A stretch of 63,774 nucleotides of DNA, the filler included, from Syncephalis fuscata S228 (Eukaryota; Fungi; Zoopagomycota), in the NCBI GenBank assembly GCA_025786725.1. It is 5 parts of 5 records of this genome, joined end to end, with 100 filler letters (N's around TTAATTAATTAA, not from the genome) between each part and the next. Parts side by side here need not be neighbours in the genome. Positions count along the whole stretch, not along the records: positions 19,107 to 36,979 come from JAHLTZ010000188.1; positions 37,080 to 54,468 come from JAHLTZ010000194.1; 3 more parts are not named here. One strand, written 5' to 3'. The translations under genes were made by a program, and so were the position numbers. A model generated the notes under the pieces. It saw only the letters and a list, made by a program, of their open reading frames with translations. It ran no database searches and was not told the DNA's origin. Positions 25,282 to 37,916 of the stretch are shown piece by piece (position 1 is the stretch's first letter; the number at the start of each line of letters is the position of its first letter).

Positions 25282-27029
25282 TTATTTTTGAAATATTTTA
25301 GACAGTTCTTTCTTTACCGCCTTGTTTGCATCGCTTAAACTTCCTGTAACAATGTTTGCTAAGCCTTGCAGATGTGTGTCCAATATCTTGTTGCCGATAA
25401 TTAGAATATGATCTTGGCCGTCGAACTGTTTAAGAATAAGCTTTATGAACACCAAGACTTTATCTTCTTTGCATTGGTTTGCAATGTTTTGCACATCTGA
25501 CATTTGAAGCTTGGCCTTTCGCCCATTATTGATTACAGCAGTTGCAATTGTTTGGAACAACTGCGATCCGATTTTTGCTTGTGTTAATCGAGAAATTTCA
25601 TAGTCCGCCAATGTCCAAATGGTAAAAGGGCGGCGAGTGACAGAATTGGTTGCCGCTGAGCTTGAGCGGCAAAGTGTGTATGTCGAAGGACAATGGAACT
25701 TCGACCGAACCTGGCGTAACTGTGACATGAAATCAAGATAATCAATGTGACAACATTTATTGCCCTTATTGAAAAGGCATATTGATTTTTCAATGCTTTT
25801 AGAGTCCAAATAAACCCGTGGATCTTTTAGACTAATGTCCTTTGTACTGGGCCCGAGCTGGATAATCTGTTGATTATTTCTTAATAGGACACTCGACGTC
25901 ACAAGAAGATTTGAAGAATGCGTTCCTATTAACAGTCTTTTTGAGTTGTTGTATGTGTCCACCACAACTTTAATTCCATTATAGCGAAGGTCGTCATCAT
26001 CTGGCACAGATGGTGAACGCCACGCTGTCTCATGATGTACATCGATGGTACATCTGCGGCCGTACGCCTCCACGCAGTTGATCAGTAGAATTTGCTTATC
26101 TTCAACAAGTATAGCATTGCTGAATAATTGCGCTGATACGTAGCGCATTTGTGGCCAAATATGCCAGTCTCTTTGTAATAGCTCGGCGATTTCATCGTTC
26201 ATTTCAATGATGTCACATTGTTTCAGTTTTTCACCAAACAGCCCATGTTGCAAGCAATGACGTAAACGGTTGTCAGCTGTCTTGCTACTATTAAGGCAGG
26301 CATTGTCTGCTGCTGAGGGTGTAATCAGTGGTGCAATAATTTCCCCTTTTGGCTGAGCAAAGAGAATCCGTGAGATTGCTTCAGAGACAGCCAGCACGTG
26401 AAACGTTGAACGCCCATCTCCAGTTGTGAGCGACAGAGGATGTAACTTGCTAGATTTTGCAACTAGTTTTGCCTTCTGTTGGCATTTTGGCGACGCTTGA
26501 AGCGCGTTGAATGCACTAAGAATTGCATCATCGTAGGAAAGCGATGCATCCGCCAGTGGTGTGCTATGAGTAGGAGTAGGAGTAGAATATAGCTCCTTTC
26601 CAATCTTCTGCTTTTTTTGGTGAACAGTGATACGTCGTCATCACTGTTTTTAAAGCTTGTCGCTTTTTTATCATCTTGATAAAGTCGTTTTGCTCCGACT
26701 TGAGCTTCCTTGTTTTCCATCTCGAAATAAGTAATATAAGCTTCGTGCTTTTTTAGATGCTTTTTGAATCCTTCCGTTGTAGCGCAACTGCCAGTGCAAT
26801 TTTTAAACGGACATCCAAAACGCCCATCTTGTTTAGTACAAACAAAAAGTAGTTCTGTCGTAGAAGATCGTTAAGTGGATTGATTTATTCAGCGTAAGCT
26901 ACATTACTTACCTTCACCTTTCCATACGTTTATTTGTGCCTTGTGTTCTTCAAAGTCGTGCTTCCTACGGCTGGCTAACGACGGAAAACCCTTTCCACAC
27001 GTTGGACAACGTGATTTATTCGCGGTCAT
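25282..27029 (-). CDS. Orphan protein with two N-terminal C2H2 zinc fingers (~563 aa if a 1-nt frameshift at 26612-26618 is corrected)
   Basis: ATG at 27029. ZF1 CPTC-x12-H-x4-H. Intron 26855-26911 (GTAAGT…CAG). ZF2 CPFKNC-x12-H-x3-H. One extra A in the A7 run joins this to the open frame that ends in ORF 25282-26397. Confidence 0.75.
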
Positions 27030-27423
27030 GATGTTTAGAAGAATAACTGTTTGATTAGTTTCTTTATTCACAAAAATACTAGTTTTATTCCAAAAATATA
27101 GTTTATGCACTAGCAAATGGCATTGCTTTTGTTTAAAATTCGACTTTATAAATGCGTCGAATTAGCAAATATTAAGCTTATAAAACCATAATTACTTTAA
27201 AATTTTTAGAGATTAATTGAAGATAAAGACAGCTTTAAAACCTCAAACATAATAAAGGGTACAGCATATTTACAGTTGGTGTTCTTTGACTTCTAAGCCG
27301 GTTAAGTGGGCAGAATAATTTGAATGTTTATAAAAAAAATGTTTTTTAATTAAATGATAATTGCAATTTAGTGTTAGATGACTACATTAATAGTATTCGC
27401 GCAACTGACCTACACACACGTTC

Positions 27424-27637
27424 TAGTGAACATGAAATTAAAAGTACCTGACGTCAGGGTCCAAAATACCGCCATCATAGATTTATTATTTAGTATGCAT
27501 ATATTTTTAATCTAATAATATCATTAAGATGTATCTTTACATCCTACTCTTAGTCAATGACAGGTTGAACACTTATATTTATTATGCATTTCAATCAGCT
27601 TCACTCAGTCCACTCAGTGCGCTATAGCTTTATTATA
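27424..27637 (+). repeat. ~215-bp direct repeat, copy 1
   Basis: Matches 33932-34144. The central ~95 bp are identical. Confidence 0.9.
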
Positions 27638-29092
27638 ATTTGTGTTAAATGACTTTTTAATAATAATCGCGTAACTGAACTAGACATCTATTCTATTGAA
27701 CATGGGACAAGTGGTGGGTTTTGTTTAATCATCACATCATCACATTTGTTGTTTGCTTGGTGGTCAAATGACTATTTTTAATAACATCCAGCCTATTGAA
27801 CATGATGATGGGCGGTGAGTGACGTCTATCATCAAAATACTCATCATTATAGATTCATTATCCAGTATGCATATATCCTCTATTCACGTATACCATTCTT
27901 TTATATCCCACACCTCTATATACCATTTTATAACATACTAGGTACATTCTATCATCTGTTTGTCCCAATACACTTTTCTCTCTCCATTCATTGCGCTATA
28001 TACACTATAGCTTTGATGTCGTTTTACATGCTTTCTTACCGTACATTTATCATTCTATACATCACTCTATACTCGTATAGCCTTGCTCTATCCAAAAATA
28101 TGTTTATTTCTGTTCTAGCTTTATTATTTATAAATGTCGACTAATGTCGCTCATTCACTCATGCATATATGCTTAGTAGCTATACCACTGCTATTCATAC
28201 TTTTTACTTTATATATTCGTTTCATTCTGTATCGTTCTGTCATATGATAGCCATGCGCTACTCAAAACTGCTGTTTATTTGGCGCTAGGTCTATTGGTTG
28301 TAAAGCTCAGCTCATTCCTTTCTTATCTCTCATTGGTCCATATACACTGCAGCAGTTACTTTCCTGTCTATACACTTTAGCGTGTCTACTCGTCTTATTG
28401 CGTAGTGCTTTGTTTTCTAATAAACGTGCGCAGTTTGTTACAGTGGTTCACTTGTTAGTAGCTTTATTTGTTGTAAGATCTGCCGCTTGTCGTTCATGTC
28501 TACTTTCATTCAGTCTATTCAGCATGGCCTTCTTCTATGCTGTTGAATATTTGTAAATAGCAAGCTACAGTTGTTGCAGCGGCTACATAGCCTTTTGTGG
28601 TATATAAGCACGCTTGTTAATTGGGTCGAGATTTTTATTACGCCGTCAGCTATTGCTACACGCCGCTACAAATCATTAAACTGTATTGTATATCGTATAT
28701 TCTGGTAAATCCGTGTTTTGTTTATTTTGAAGTTACAAGGATTATTCAATCGACAGCTTTTGTTGGTGGTTAATTTAGACTGTCAGCTTATTTATGGCGT
28801 AATATGCCAATAACGGCTAGATCAGCGACCACTTCTATACAATACGCGGCACTGCTCAATTAATTTGTATACAAGCGCTGAAAATTGGATTTATGACTGG
28901 AGGATGTTGAATTTGATTCAGCGCTATTAAGTACAGCTGACCGGTGTAACAGCTTTGCTTCAGCAATGTCGGTTGATATTAGTTCAAATATGCGGCGACA
29001 GCATTATTGAAAAGCTGCATTGCTTCTGCGAAAATGAAGCCATAATATTAATGGATATACACTAGACAGCCAATCTATTGCGCAAAGCTTTG

Positions 29093-30170
29093 TTCCAAGT
29101 GGATGCAGTAACATCCACTGATTCAGAAATACGTGCATTTGTTAATGAATGATATAGAATAGACAATTAATCAGAATTAAAGTACATTGAATACTAGATA
29201 TTCCGTATACATCCATTGACGACTGATGCTATTAAGCTCGAGGATACACGTAAGAAATGCTAGCTACCTTGTAGCTATGATCTATTCTGTTTCCGTTCAT
29301 TCTATACTAATACACAGAGTGCTAATTATTTAGAACCAATGTCAGTATTTGTGGCATTGATGCGTAAAGGTATCATTTTATTTCATCATCGATTAGCGTC
29401 ACATGCACACAGCATATTACGTTGTATTCAGTAGCTGATCGCTTATGTTGTTGTTCTACCTGGCGTAATCGATTATGTAATTTCGACAATATATCTGATG
29501 GATTTGCACTGCTTATTGGCAGTCTACAACTGGGAATTGGTAGTATTGATGAGCTGTTGTTGATTTGTAAGTAAACAGAACAAAGTAAAATGTTCCGTTG
29601 AATTAAGCATATTCAAAAGAAGGCAACAAGATTGGGACGGCTTCTTAGTATTAAAGCCGATGTGATGGGTAAATTGATTAAACGGTGCAATAAACGAGTC
29701 GACAGTGAAATTGGCCCATACCTTGGCAATAACCAAAACATGTATGAGTATATTTAGCATATAGATATGATAGTGATACTTTGACATAGATCATTCGATT
29801 AATGTATTGCAGACTATAGAGCATTACAAAAAGACTATTGTGCATGTACATGGCAACTATTTTGGTACAGATCGATATTGAGCTAATACAGCTATTTAAA
29901 GTTTCCAACGATGTTATGACAAAGTTAATAGTTTTGACGCTGGAATAGTGCCAATGAACGTTATTACAGAGCGCTATATAATGAATATGTATCAATTATA
30001 ACATATAAACAGCTACATTACTAACATGGATAATTGTATAATATATATATAAGCATTAATAAACAATCAAGCAGCCGTCAATGGTCAGTAGTGAACATGA
30101 AAACATTAAATTACTGTTGCCATCAACGTATAGCCAGCTGTATTAGTTAGCTGGCAATGGCAACATTGTA
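29093..30170 (+). pseudogene. Decayed CorA-family Mg2+ transporter (ALR1-like), right-arm copy, intron remnants retained
   Basis: Manual translation gives 'IFRIHPLTTDAIKLEDTRKKC*', 'CFRSF..NYLEPMSVFV..GIILFH', 'DNISDGFALLI', 'RLLSIKADV..LIKRC', 'EIGPYLG', 'HGNY', 'NDVMTKL', 'IVPMNVIT..MN'. These are collinear with fungal Alr1 motifs (FGIHPLTAEDI, LSGKADV, HxNYLAQ, VPLNVITGLFGMN). Multiple stops and frameshifts; the GMN motif is lost. Confidence 0.85.
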
Positions 30171-33100
30171 ATATTGCTCATGATTACTATAGAAATTAGC
30201 ATTATTCTATTGACAAGATCGTATTGTTAATATCTATCTAAATAGTAGAAATTAATAGCAAACGCTATTAGCAAATGGACAACTAAGCACCATGCATGTT
30301 TTCAATATATATATATAGCTGGCCAAACGCTATTAATCCATGTTGTTTACCGACTAGCTGGTTGCATAGTATTTACGGATACCTGCTGATTAGCTGTATC
30401 AACTGATTAACAATAGCCAATATAATAGTATAGCAATATTCTGTTAAGCAATATGCTAGTAATCGCGCGTCAACACCGATAAAGTATGGATATTTGATTA
30501 TTTCCATAGCCGGCTATAGGTTAATAGACATGTAACATGGGTATCAGTTAATCATATGGCTACATTAGTGCTATCTGTTATTGTGTATTGCTGGTTACTG
30601 GTCGACAGTTAGTGTTGAATATACTGCGTGCATCATTGGCATGATATAGCTACCGATACTAACAGTTAGTGAGCGCTATTTATACAGCTTACTACCATTG
30701 TAAACCAATGCTATGTATTGCAGTGCAACAACTAGGAATTGGCAAAATAGTTGCTATTTGTATTGCCAACGACAGTAGTGAGCTGTGTTTAATAAATGCC
30801 ACAATTGAAATTACTGTTGAAGATTACCGATCGTCAATATAAACATGTATACTAATGCTGGCTATTGAGAATTGTCATGCCAGTTGTTACTGGGTAATTG
30901 GCGACACAAGTAGTAAACCTAGTGTTGGTACTTGCCAATTTGAAACATATCTACAAATAACATGGACAGTTAACGTCTGCTCGTTTAGCAAGTGGCAGCA
31001 TAATATGCACTGTTACTAACTGATGACTATGCATAAGATTTGCTTTTGTATACCAGCAACAGTATGGTGTGCGCACCAATGGACAATACTATACCAATGG
31101 CTGTTATTGTTATACACTCCACTACATAATTGTATACGGTATGTAGCCAAAATCGCCATTGTCTGTATAACACATTCACAGCCATTAACATTGTCAGTAC
31201 TATTACGGATGACTGATAGCATCTGTATAGTTGCCAGTGGCAATGCCGCATAACATGATCTACCAATGATGCCGGTTATACTTGATACACGCCACCACCA
31301 ATGCTAATAAAACAACCAATGTACATGATTAGCATACCGTTCACAGCACGTGTGGCTGACGGTGTACCATTGCGTGCTATTGTGCTATTACACACATACT
31401 GTAGCTATATGCAATACCAATCATTAATATATTTATTAATTATATCATGTCACCGACGCTGTTGGTTGGCCGACATAACTAGCAAATCGACGGCAATTGT
31501 TAACGGTCAATTATGGCTACAGGGATTGATACTGTCAAGTTGCAATTGGCTATCTATTAAGCAATCGATACATTTTTTAATTAGTATTTGTGTGGGCTTT
31601 TATTGTCAAAATAACAAAAAAAGGACTATTATAGCCTTTATTAATTAACTTTACCAATTCTTGATTCTATCAATCATACAGCTAGAAATACGTAATAGCA
31701 TCTACTATAACCGCATGGCGTTGACGCATTGGCGCATATAACTGACATATGTTGGAAAAATCGTGAAAAGGCACCACAAATAGAAATGGCAATATTAGCA
31801 TTAAATATTAACAATATTTAATATATATTGGCCGTCGGCACGTATTTTGATTACAATCAACCATAATGACGCTACTATTTATTTTGTAATTATAGCATAG
31901 AATCAATCGCTGGTGTTGCATGCGTACTAACATGCGTTTCAACAGCTGTATGTTGCTGTATGCTGCTGTATGTTGCTGTATGTTGCTTAACTATACTGCT
32001 TATTAATACAGTAGCTAATATGTGCAGCTTGCTGGCGTGTATTGACATTGATCGCCGCTGATGTCAGTTGAATATTACCACCAACATTGCAACTATAACG
32101 AGCGGTGGTTGTCGTACTTATACTCGCTAATAGACATTGCCATTGCTGTTGCCTTCTTGTATCGTTGAATGTGTGTGTATATGGAGGTCAACTATTTGAC
32201 ATGATGCTTATATCATAGTGCTGATTCCCATTGTAATGCCATGCCTAACCTGATTATAGGTAGTAGCAAATACAGCTACTTTTTTATAAACGCTTTAACA
32301 TTTAGCATCCTTTAACTAAATAAATATGCTATAAATCAACATTAGTATAGTGTCTAGTAGCTTTGTTATGCCATTCAATTATTTGAATTGTACTATACTG
32401 CTAGTATACTAAAAATAGTTACATTCTATAAAGCTACACCCACACTGGTCATTTTAATAATAGCAATAGTGGTTCGTTTGATTGGTTTGATTGTGTTAAG
32501 CCTAGTATAATAATATTAAACAATTTGCTGATGATCTAGTATGATTTGAAAGATAAATGGCTAAATTTAACAACATCCAATCTATTGGGCATGAAACTGT
32601 GTGGTGGATGGCATTAGCCATTAAAATACTCGTCATTATAGATTTAGTATTTAGTATGCATATGCCTTCTATCCACCCATATCATTACTATTCTGTATTT
32701 ATTAAGTCATATATCGATCGATCATATAATAAGCACAACCCATTTACAGCAGGTATTTTATTGCCGCTAGCTTTATTGCTATAGGTTCAATTTATTGTAC
32801 TTACTTAATCGTCTATGTATATCTTCACTATTATTTTATCCATTGATTCTATTCTAAACTATACTCATCATGTCTTATTGATAAAACTCGTTTATTTGTT
32901 ACTCGCCGTATTGTTTGTATATTTTACTTGATTGCTTGTGCAATACGCATACTATACCTTTATTGCCATTATTTTACACTTTATTTGACCATTCATTTGA
33001 ATCTATATTATTCCATATTATAACACGGCAAGGAAGAAGGCTTGTGATCTTGTTAAAAGCTAGTATTATTTGAAAACAAAACACAGTGCATGAATGCAAA

Positions 33101-33386
33101 CAGCAACACTAACACTGCATACCTAAATATCTATGTAAAAATAACAGTTGATTAAATGGTAAGTAGTTTGAAGTAAAAATAAGCAAGTATTTATTACATA
33201 GCAGCGCCAGTTGTCTTACCATAGTAAACAGCCGATTATAAAAGCGTACATGGCTATTTGTGCTACACCGTCTTTGTCCGCACAATAATACATATTTAAT
33301 AAAACATAACAATGCTTACCTGTAGCTTCAAAGAAACGGCAAATGCTTTAAATGTAGACTGATAGTCGATAGTCAGAGACTGTCAA

Positions 33387-33861
33387 GGCAGAATGGCGGA
33401 ATGGCAGAATGGTAGTGGCAGGACGGTGAACTGGCAAAACGGTGAGATGGTGGAATACCGCTGTTCTGCCACCACCATTTCACCGTTCTGCCACCATCAG
33501 TCCACCGTTCTGCCACCACCATTTTAGCGTTCTGCCACCACCATTTCACCGTTCTGCCATCATCATTTCACCGTTCTGCCACCATCAGTCCACCGTTCTG
33601 CCACCACCATTTTAGCGTTCTGCCACCACCATTTCACCGTTCTGCCATCACCATTTCACCGTTCTACCACCACCATTTCACCGTTCTGCCACCATCAGTC
33701 CACCGTTCTGCCACCACCATTTTAGCGTTCTGCCACCACCATTTCACCGTTCTGCCACCACCATTTTAGCGTTCTGCCACCACCATTTCACCGTTCTGCC
33801 ATCACCATTTCACCGTTCTGCCACCACCATTTCACCATTTTGCCACCACCATTTTACCGTT
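33387..33861 (-). repeat. 22-bp minisatellite cap of the right arm (~18 C-rich units preceded by degenerate G-rich units)
   Basis: Units GTTCTGCCACCACCATTTCACC / …ATCAGTCCACC / …ATTTTAGC. Confidence 0.95.
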
Positions 33862-33931
33862 GAACAATTGAACGGTTGAACCGTCGGACTCACTTCCACC
33901 ACTTTTGACTCCACTCTCTTTTCATTCCTTT

Positions 33932-34144
33932 TAGTGAACATAAAATTAAAGTACCTGACATCTGGGTCCAAAATACCATCATCATAGATTTATTATCCAG
34001 TATGCATATATTTTTAATCCAACAATATCATTAAGATGTATCTTTACATCCTACTCTTAGTCAATGACAGGTTGAACACTTATATTTATTATGCATTTCA
34101 ATCAGCTTCACTCAGTCCGCTCAGTGCGTTATAGCTTTATTATA
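33932..34144 (+). repeat. ~215-bp direct repeat, copy 2
   Basis: Matches 27424-27637. Confidence 0.9.
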
Positions 34145-34179
34145 GTTATTTTTATTATTATTAACTGTTTATTACAATT

Positions 34180-34760
34180 ATTAACCATTTAATGTGATTT
34201 GTGTCAAACGGCTACTTTTGATATTCGCGCAACTGGCCTGCACATTTGTTCTATTGAACATGGGGACGGGTGGTGAGTTTTATTAACGATCAAATCATCA
34301 CATTTGGTGTGATTTGGTGGTTAAATGGCTATTTTGATTATTTACGCGTTTGAACTAAACATTCAACCTATTGAACATGGAGCTGGGTGGTGAGCGACAT
34401 CAAAGTTTAAAACACTTGTCATTATAGATTTATTATCCAGTATGCATATATCTCTATCTACCTACACCACTCCCTTTTATTCCGCACTTCTATGTATCAT
34501 TCTACGACATACTGGACACATTCTGTTCATTAAGCACACCAGCACACTCATTCCCTCCTTGCGTTATATGCACTATAGTTTGACATCGTTTTATATGTCA
34601 TTTTACACTCGCCCATCTATGCTCAATCCAAAACTGGTTTTATTTTTGTTCTAGCGTTATTATTAACAACTGTCGACTAATGTCGCTCATTGATCATGCA
34701 TATATGCTCAGTAGCTATACCACTGCTGTCCATACTTTTTACTTTGTATATTCGTTTTAT
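34180..34760 (+). repeat. Dispersed repeat family A copy
   Basis: Diverged homologue of 27640-28225 (shared TGTCGACTAATGTCGCTCATT, GTAGCTATACCACTGCT, CATACTTTTTACTTT). Confidence 0.8.
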
Positions 34761-36979
34761 TATCCAGTAAATACGCGCTAGCTATTACCGTTGTCTGTTT
34801 GGTTCTAGCACCATTATTAGAAAAGTTCACGCAAGTTGCTTATCTGCTCATGCATATATGCTCGATAGCTTTAACAAAGCTAGTTGTCTTTTAACTAGCA
34901 TAGCTGATAGCTGTTATGCTATTTTACCGTACAGTTACTATGCGCCATCAATAACTACTGTCAGCTTGACGCCAGCTTAATATTGACAAGTTTGACTCGT
35001 CCGCTTAGTCATTCCTTCTCAAGGCGCACTATAGCTTTAATGCTGCTACTCACACAATTACTTTTGGTATTTTATTTGCTCCATATTATTGTATGCTTAA
35101 TGGCTATGCTTTATTTGCAGAAGCTATACGTTCCTTGTTAGCTGTTTGTTGCAAAGTTTAGCTCTGAGCACTTCTTTTACTCTTTGCACACAAACGCGCA
35201 AGTAGAATAGCCTTCTTACACTGCTAGTGCTCTTTTTGCTGTTTTCCAGTGCTGATATGTTGCAATGGTATCGAACGGGCCAGCGATGAACTGGTATAAG
35301 CTATTATACCAAATAAAGCTTGTTATTACAAAATAGATATTCGCTATGGGTGTTATGTATACGAGCTTTAAAAGTGTCGTATAGCTTATTGCAGGGTAAT
35401 CATGTATTGCGCTATAGCTACTTGAGCACAAGGACAAAGTGTACGTATATTTACCATGTGGCCGTAGACAGTGCTGGCTACTCTATTCGACACAGTTAAA
35501 AGCAATAATAAACTTGGCCAAAAACAATTTGCTTTAAAGATTTTATTAGATGGATTGCATTAGTATTCAACATATAAGCCATTGGTATTTACTGTAGCTA
35601 CAAGCTTGAAACTGGTCCCATTTAGCTGCTTTGCGTGCCGCCTAAATGATCGGCATTGTTTGAAATAAAGCCATAACTGATATTGCCAAATAGACAGATT
35701 TACTTGCTATGCTACATGTAAAGTTTAGCATAGATCATTTTTACGCTTAGTCGGTTAAGCCGTGTAATCTAGATTTAATCCATCAGCTTATCGCGTTGTA
35801 AAGAGCTTACCAATATTAATGTTCAGACAATATAATGACAGCAATAAAGACTGTTTTGCAATAAGTGTACAAAAAAACACACGGTTTACTACATATTACA
35901 CTAATAGTTACATGTACTGAAGATTCTACTGGAATGGTTGTAGCTGCTTATACGGAAGACTAAGAGCAATTGCGTAGTACATTGGTCATAGACGGTTTTA
36001 GACGACTCATGTTTTATTACGACATTTTCCACAACTATCACAATACATAAGCTGGCTTTACCGCTCCTCCGAACCAACATTGCACCTTTATCTTCTCTTT
36101 CTACTCTTTACCACTCGATATACGCTACACTCATTCGCCCTTACTGCCATTTGTTGTCCAATATGCTTTGCACTTGCTAGCCGTCTAATGATTACAAGAT
36201 CACTGCTGGTTGCTGCTATATGTACTAAGGTCGGTAAACGGGCGTGGGAGGTGCGATGCAGTTGTGCCTTTTGGCTATGAAGCACTGGATATGCAGTGTT
36301 CTAGAAGCTATATATCACGCAGTGTGTACCCCAGCATGCTGTAGAAGGCGCTTGTCTGCACATAGTTGATTGGTCTTTTGTATAGTAACATTGGTACGCT
36401 TACCGTGTGTTTGTTTGCGAGGTTGCCTTGCTGAGTATCTGGCTGTTGAGGCGACATAAGGTTTGCGCTTGAAGATATCTGATATCTGATGGTGCAGAGC
36501 AAATGTTGTTTGGACAACCACTACTTATTGCGGTGTAGTCAAGCAGCAAACATCATTGGCACATGTGGCTCATCTCGTTTACTGACCCTCTTCAATAGAT
36601 ATAGATTTAAGCGATATTTAGATTTGGCAAGAACAGGGCCACAATATGCTGTACAGTCATCCGGTTTGTACTAGTCTATCATTATTTATGTATTTCTTTG
36701 TTTAAATAAATAAATGTAGCATTTCTTATTTATTAACATACTACTATTAGTTGCGTTCATATAAATACAGACATCTTCCCATTTAATAATAGTACTAGTT
36801 GTTTCTGCTATTGTTATTACACTGATAATAAACAACCTATTAAGCCATTGAATGTGCTTTGAAGGCAACGATTAAATTTGATGCATCCATGCAGTTGAGC
36901 TAGACAATTGCTCTGTTGAACATAATAACGAGTGGTGGTGAATCAAAGTTTAAAATATTTATTGGCATAGATGTATTAT

Positions 36980-37079
36980 NNNNNNNNNNNNNNNNNNNNN
37001 NNNNNNNNNNNNNNNNNNNNNNNTTAATTAATTAANNNNNNNNNNNNNNNNNNNNNNNNNNNNNNNNNNNNNNNNNNNN
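36980..37079. other. Artificial contig linker
   Basis: N44-TTAATTAATTAA-N44. Confidence 0.98.
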
Positions 37080-37916
37080 CAATGATGGTTAATATTCAAT
37101 ATATATGATATTAAATAAAGGAGGAAAGAAATTAATATTAGCTGATATATCCGGTGTTTAAGCCTGACATTCAGGCGAGTATCCATAAAATTAGAAGATG
37201 TTGTAGGATATACATTGTAATGGTGCTATTACTGTTGTATTTATTAATAAACTTGTTAAAAATTAAAGTATAACTATTTAGCAAATATACATGTGTTGGC
37301 CATTTATACAAAAAGCGGCAGTGCTTGTAAAATGCCTAGTACTTGAAGACAGATTAAAGCATGGTGGCACAATTGAAATAAAGAATATGCCATTAAAATT
37401 TGCAAATACAATTAAAGTGAGCCGAGACAACGTACAAGGAGGTGCAGCTTACACAATAGCTTGATAAGTGAATATAACAAATAGCATATGAAATAAAGTA
37501 ATTAGAAAAGAAAACGATGCAACAATACTAATTAGGTATCAAATAACGCATTATGTACTAATTAGATGGCATATTCAATAGCGTGTAAAAGATTGTTTTT
37601 TATTTTATATATTTAATAAAGCAATGGTAATAATTGTATTAAAGGACAGCAGTTAGATATAAAACTCTATTGTTACATTTTTAATTTTAAAAATCGCAAC
37701 TTAGATTATTAAGCAACACATTATCCTGGCGTTATTCTATACGTTAGTTTTTTATGCTTATTAACACTTACCTTAACGCTCATAATGCAATGTGTTGATC
37801 GGTTGTATTGATTCAATGATAAATTTATTACTTATTGGTCATTGATTACCACAGCTTAACTATAGTAAACTAAATAACTTGTATAACACCAAAATTTTGT
37901 TATTATTATTTATGAT

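Larger units (their letters stand above)
27629..33861 (-). repeat. Giant inverted repeat, right arm (~6.2 kb)
   Basis: Reverse complement of 19107-25204 with few substitutions/indels. The innermost ~170 bp are clearly more diverged. Confidence 0.97.
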
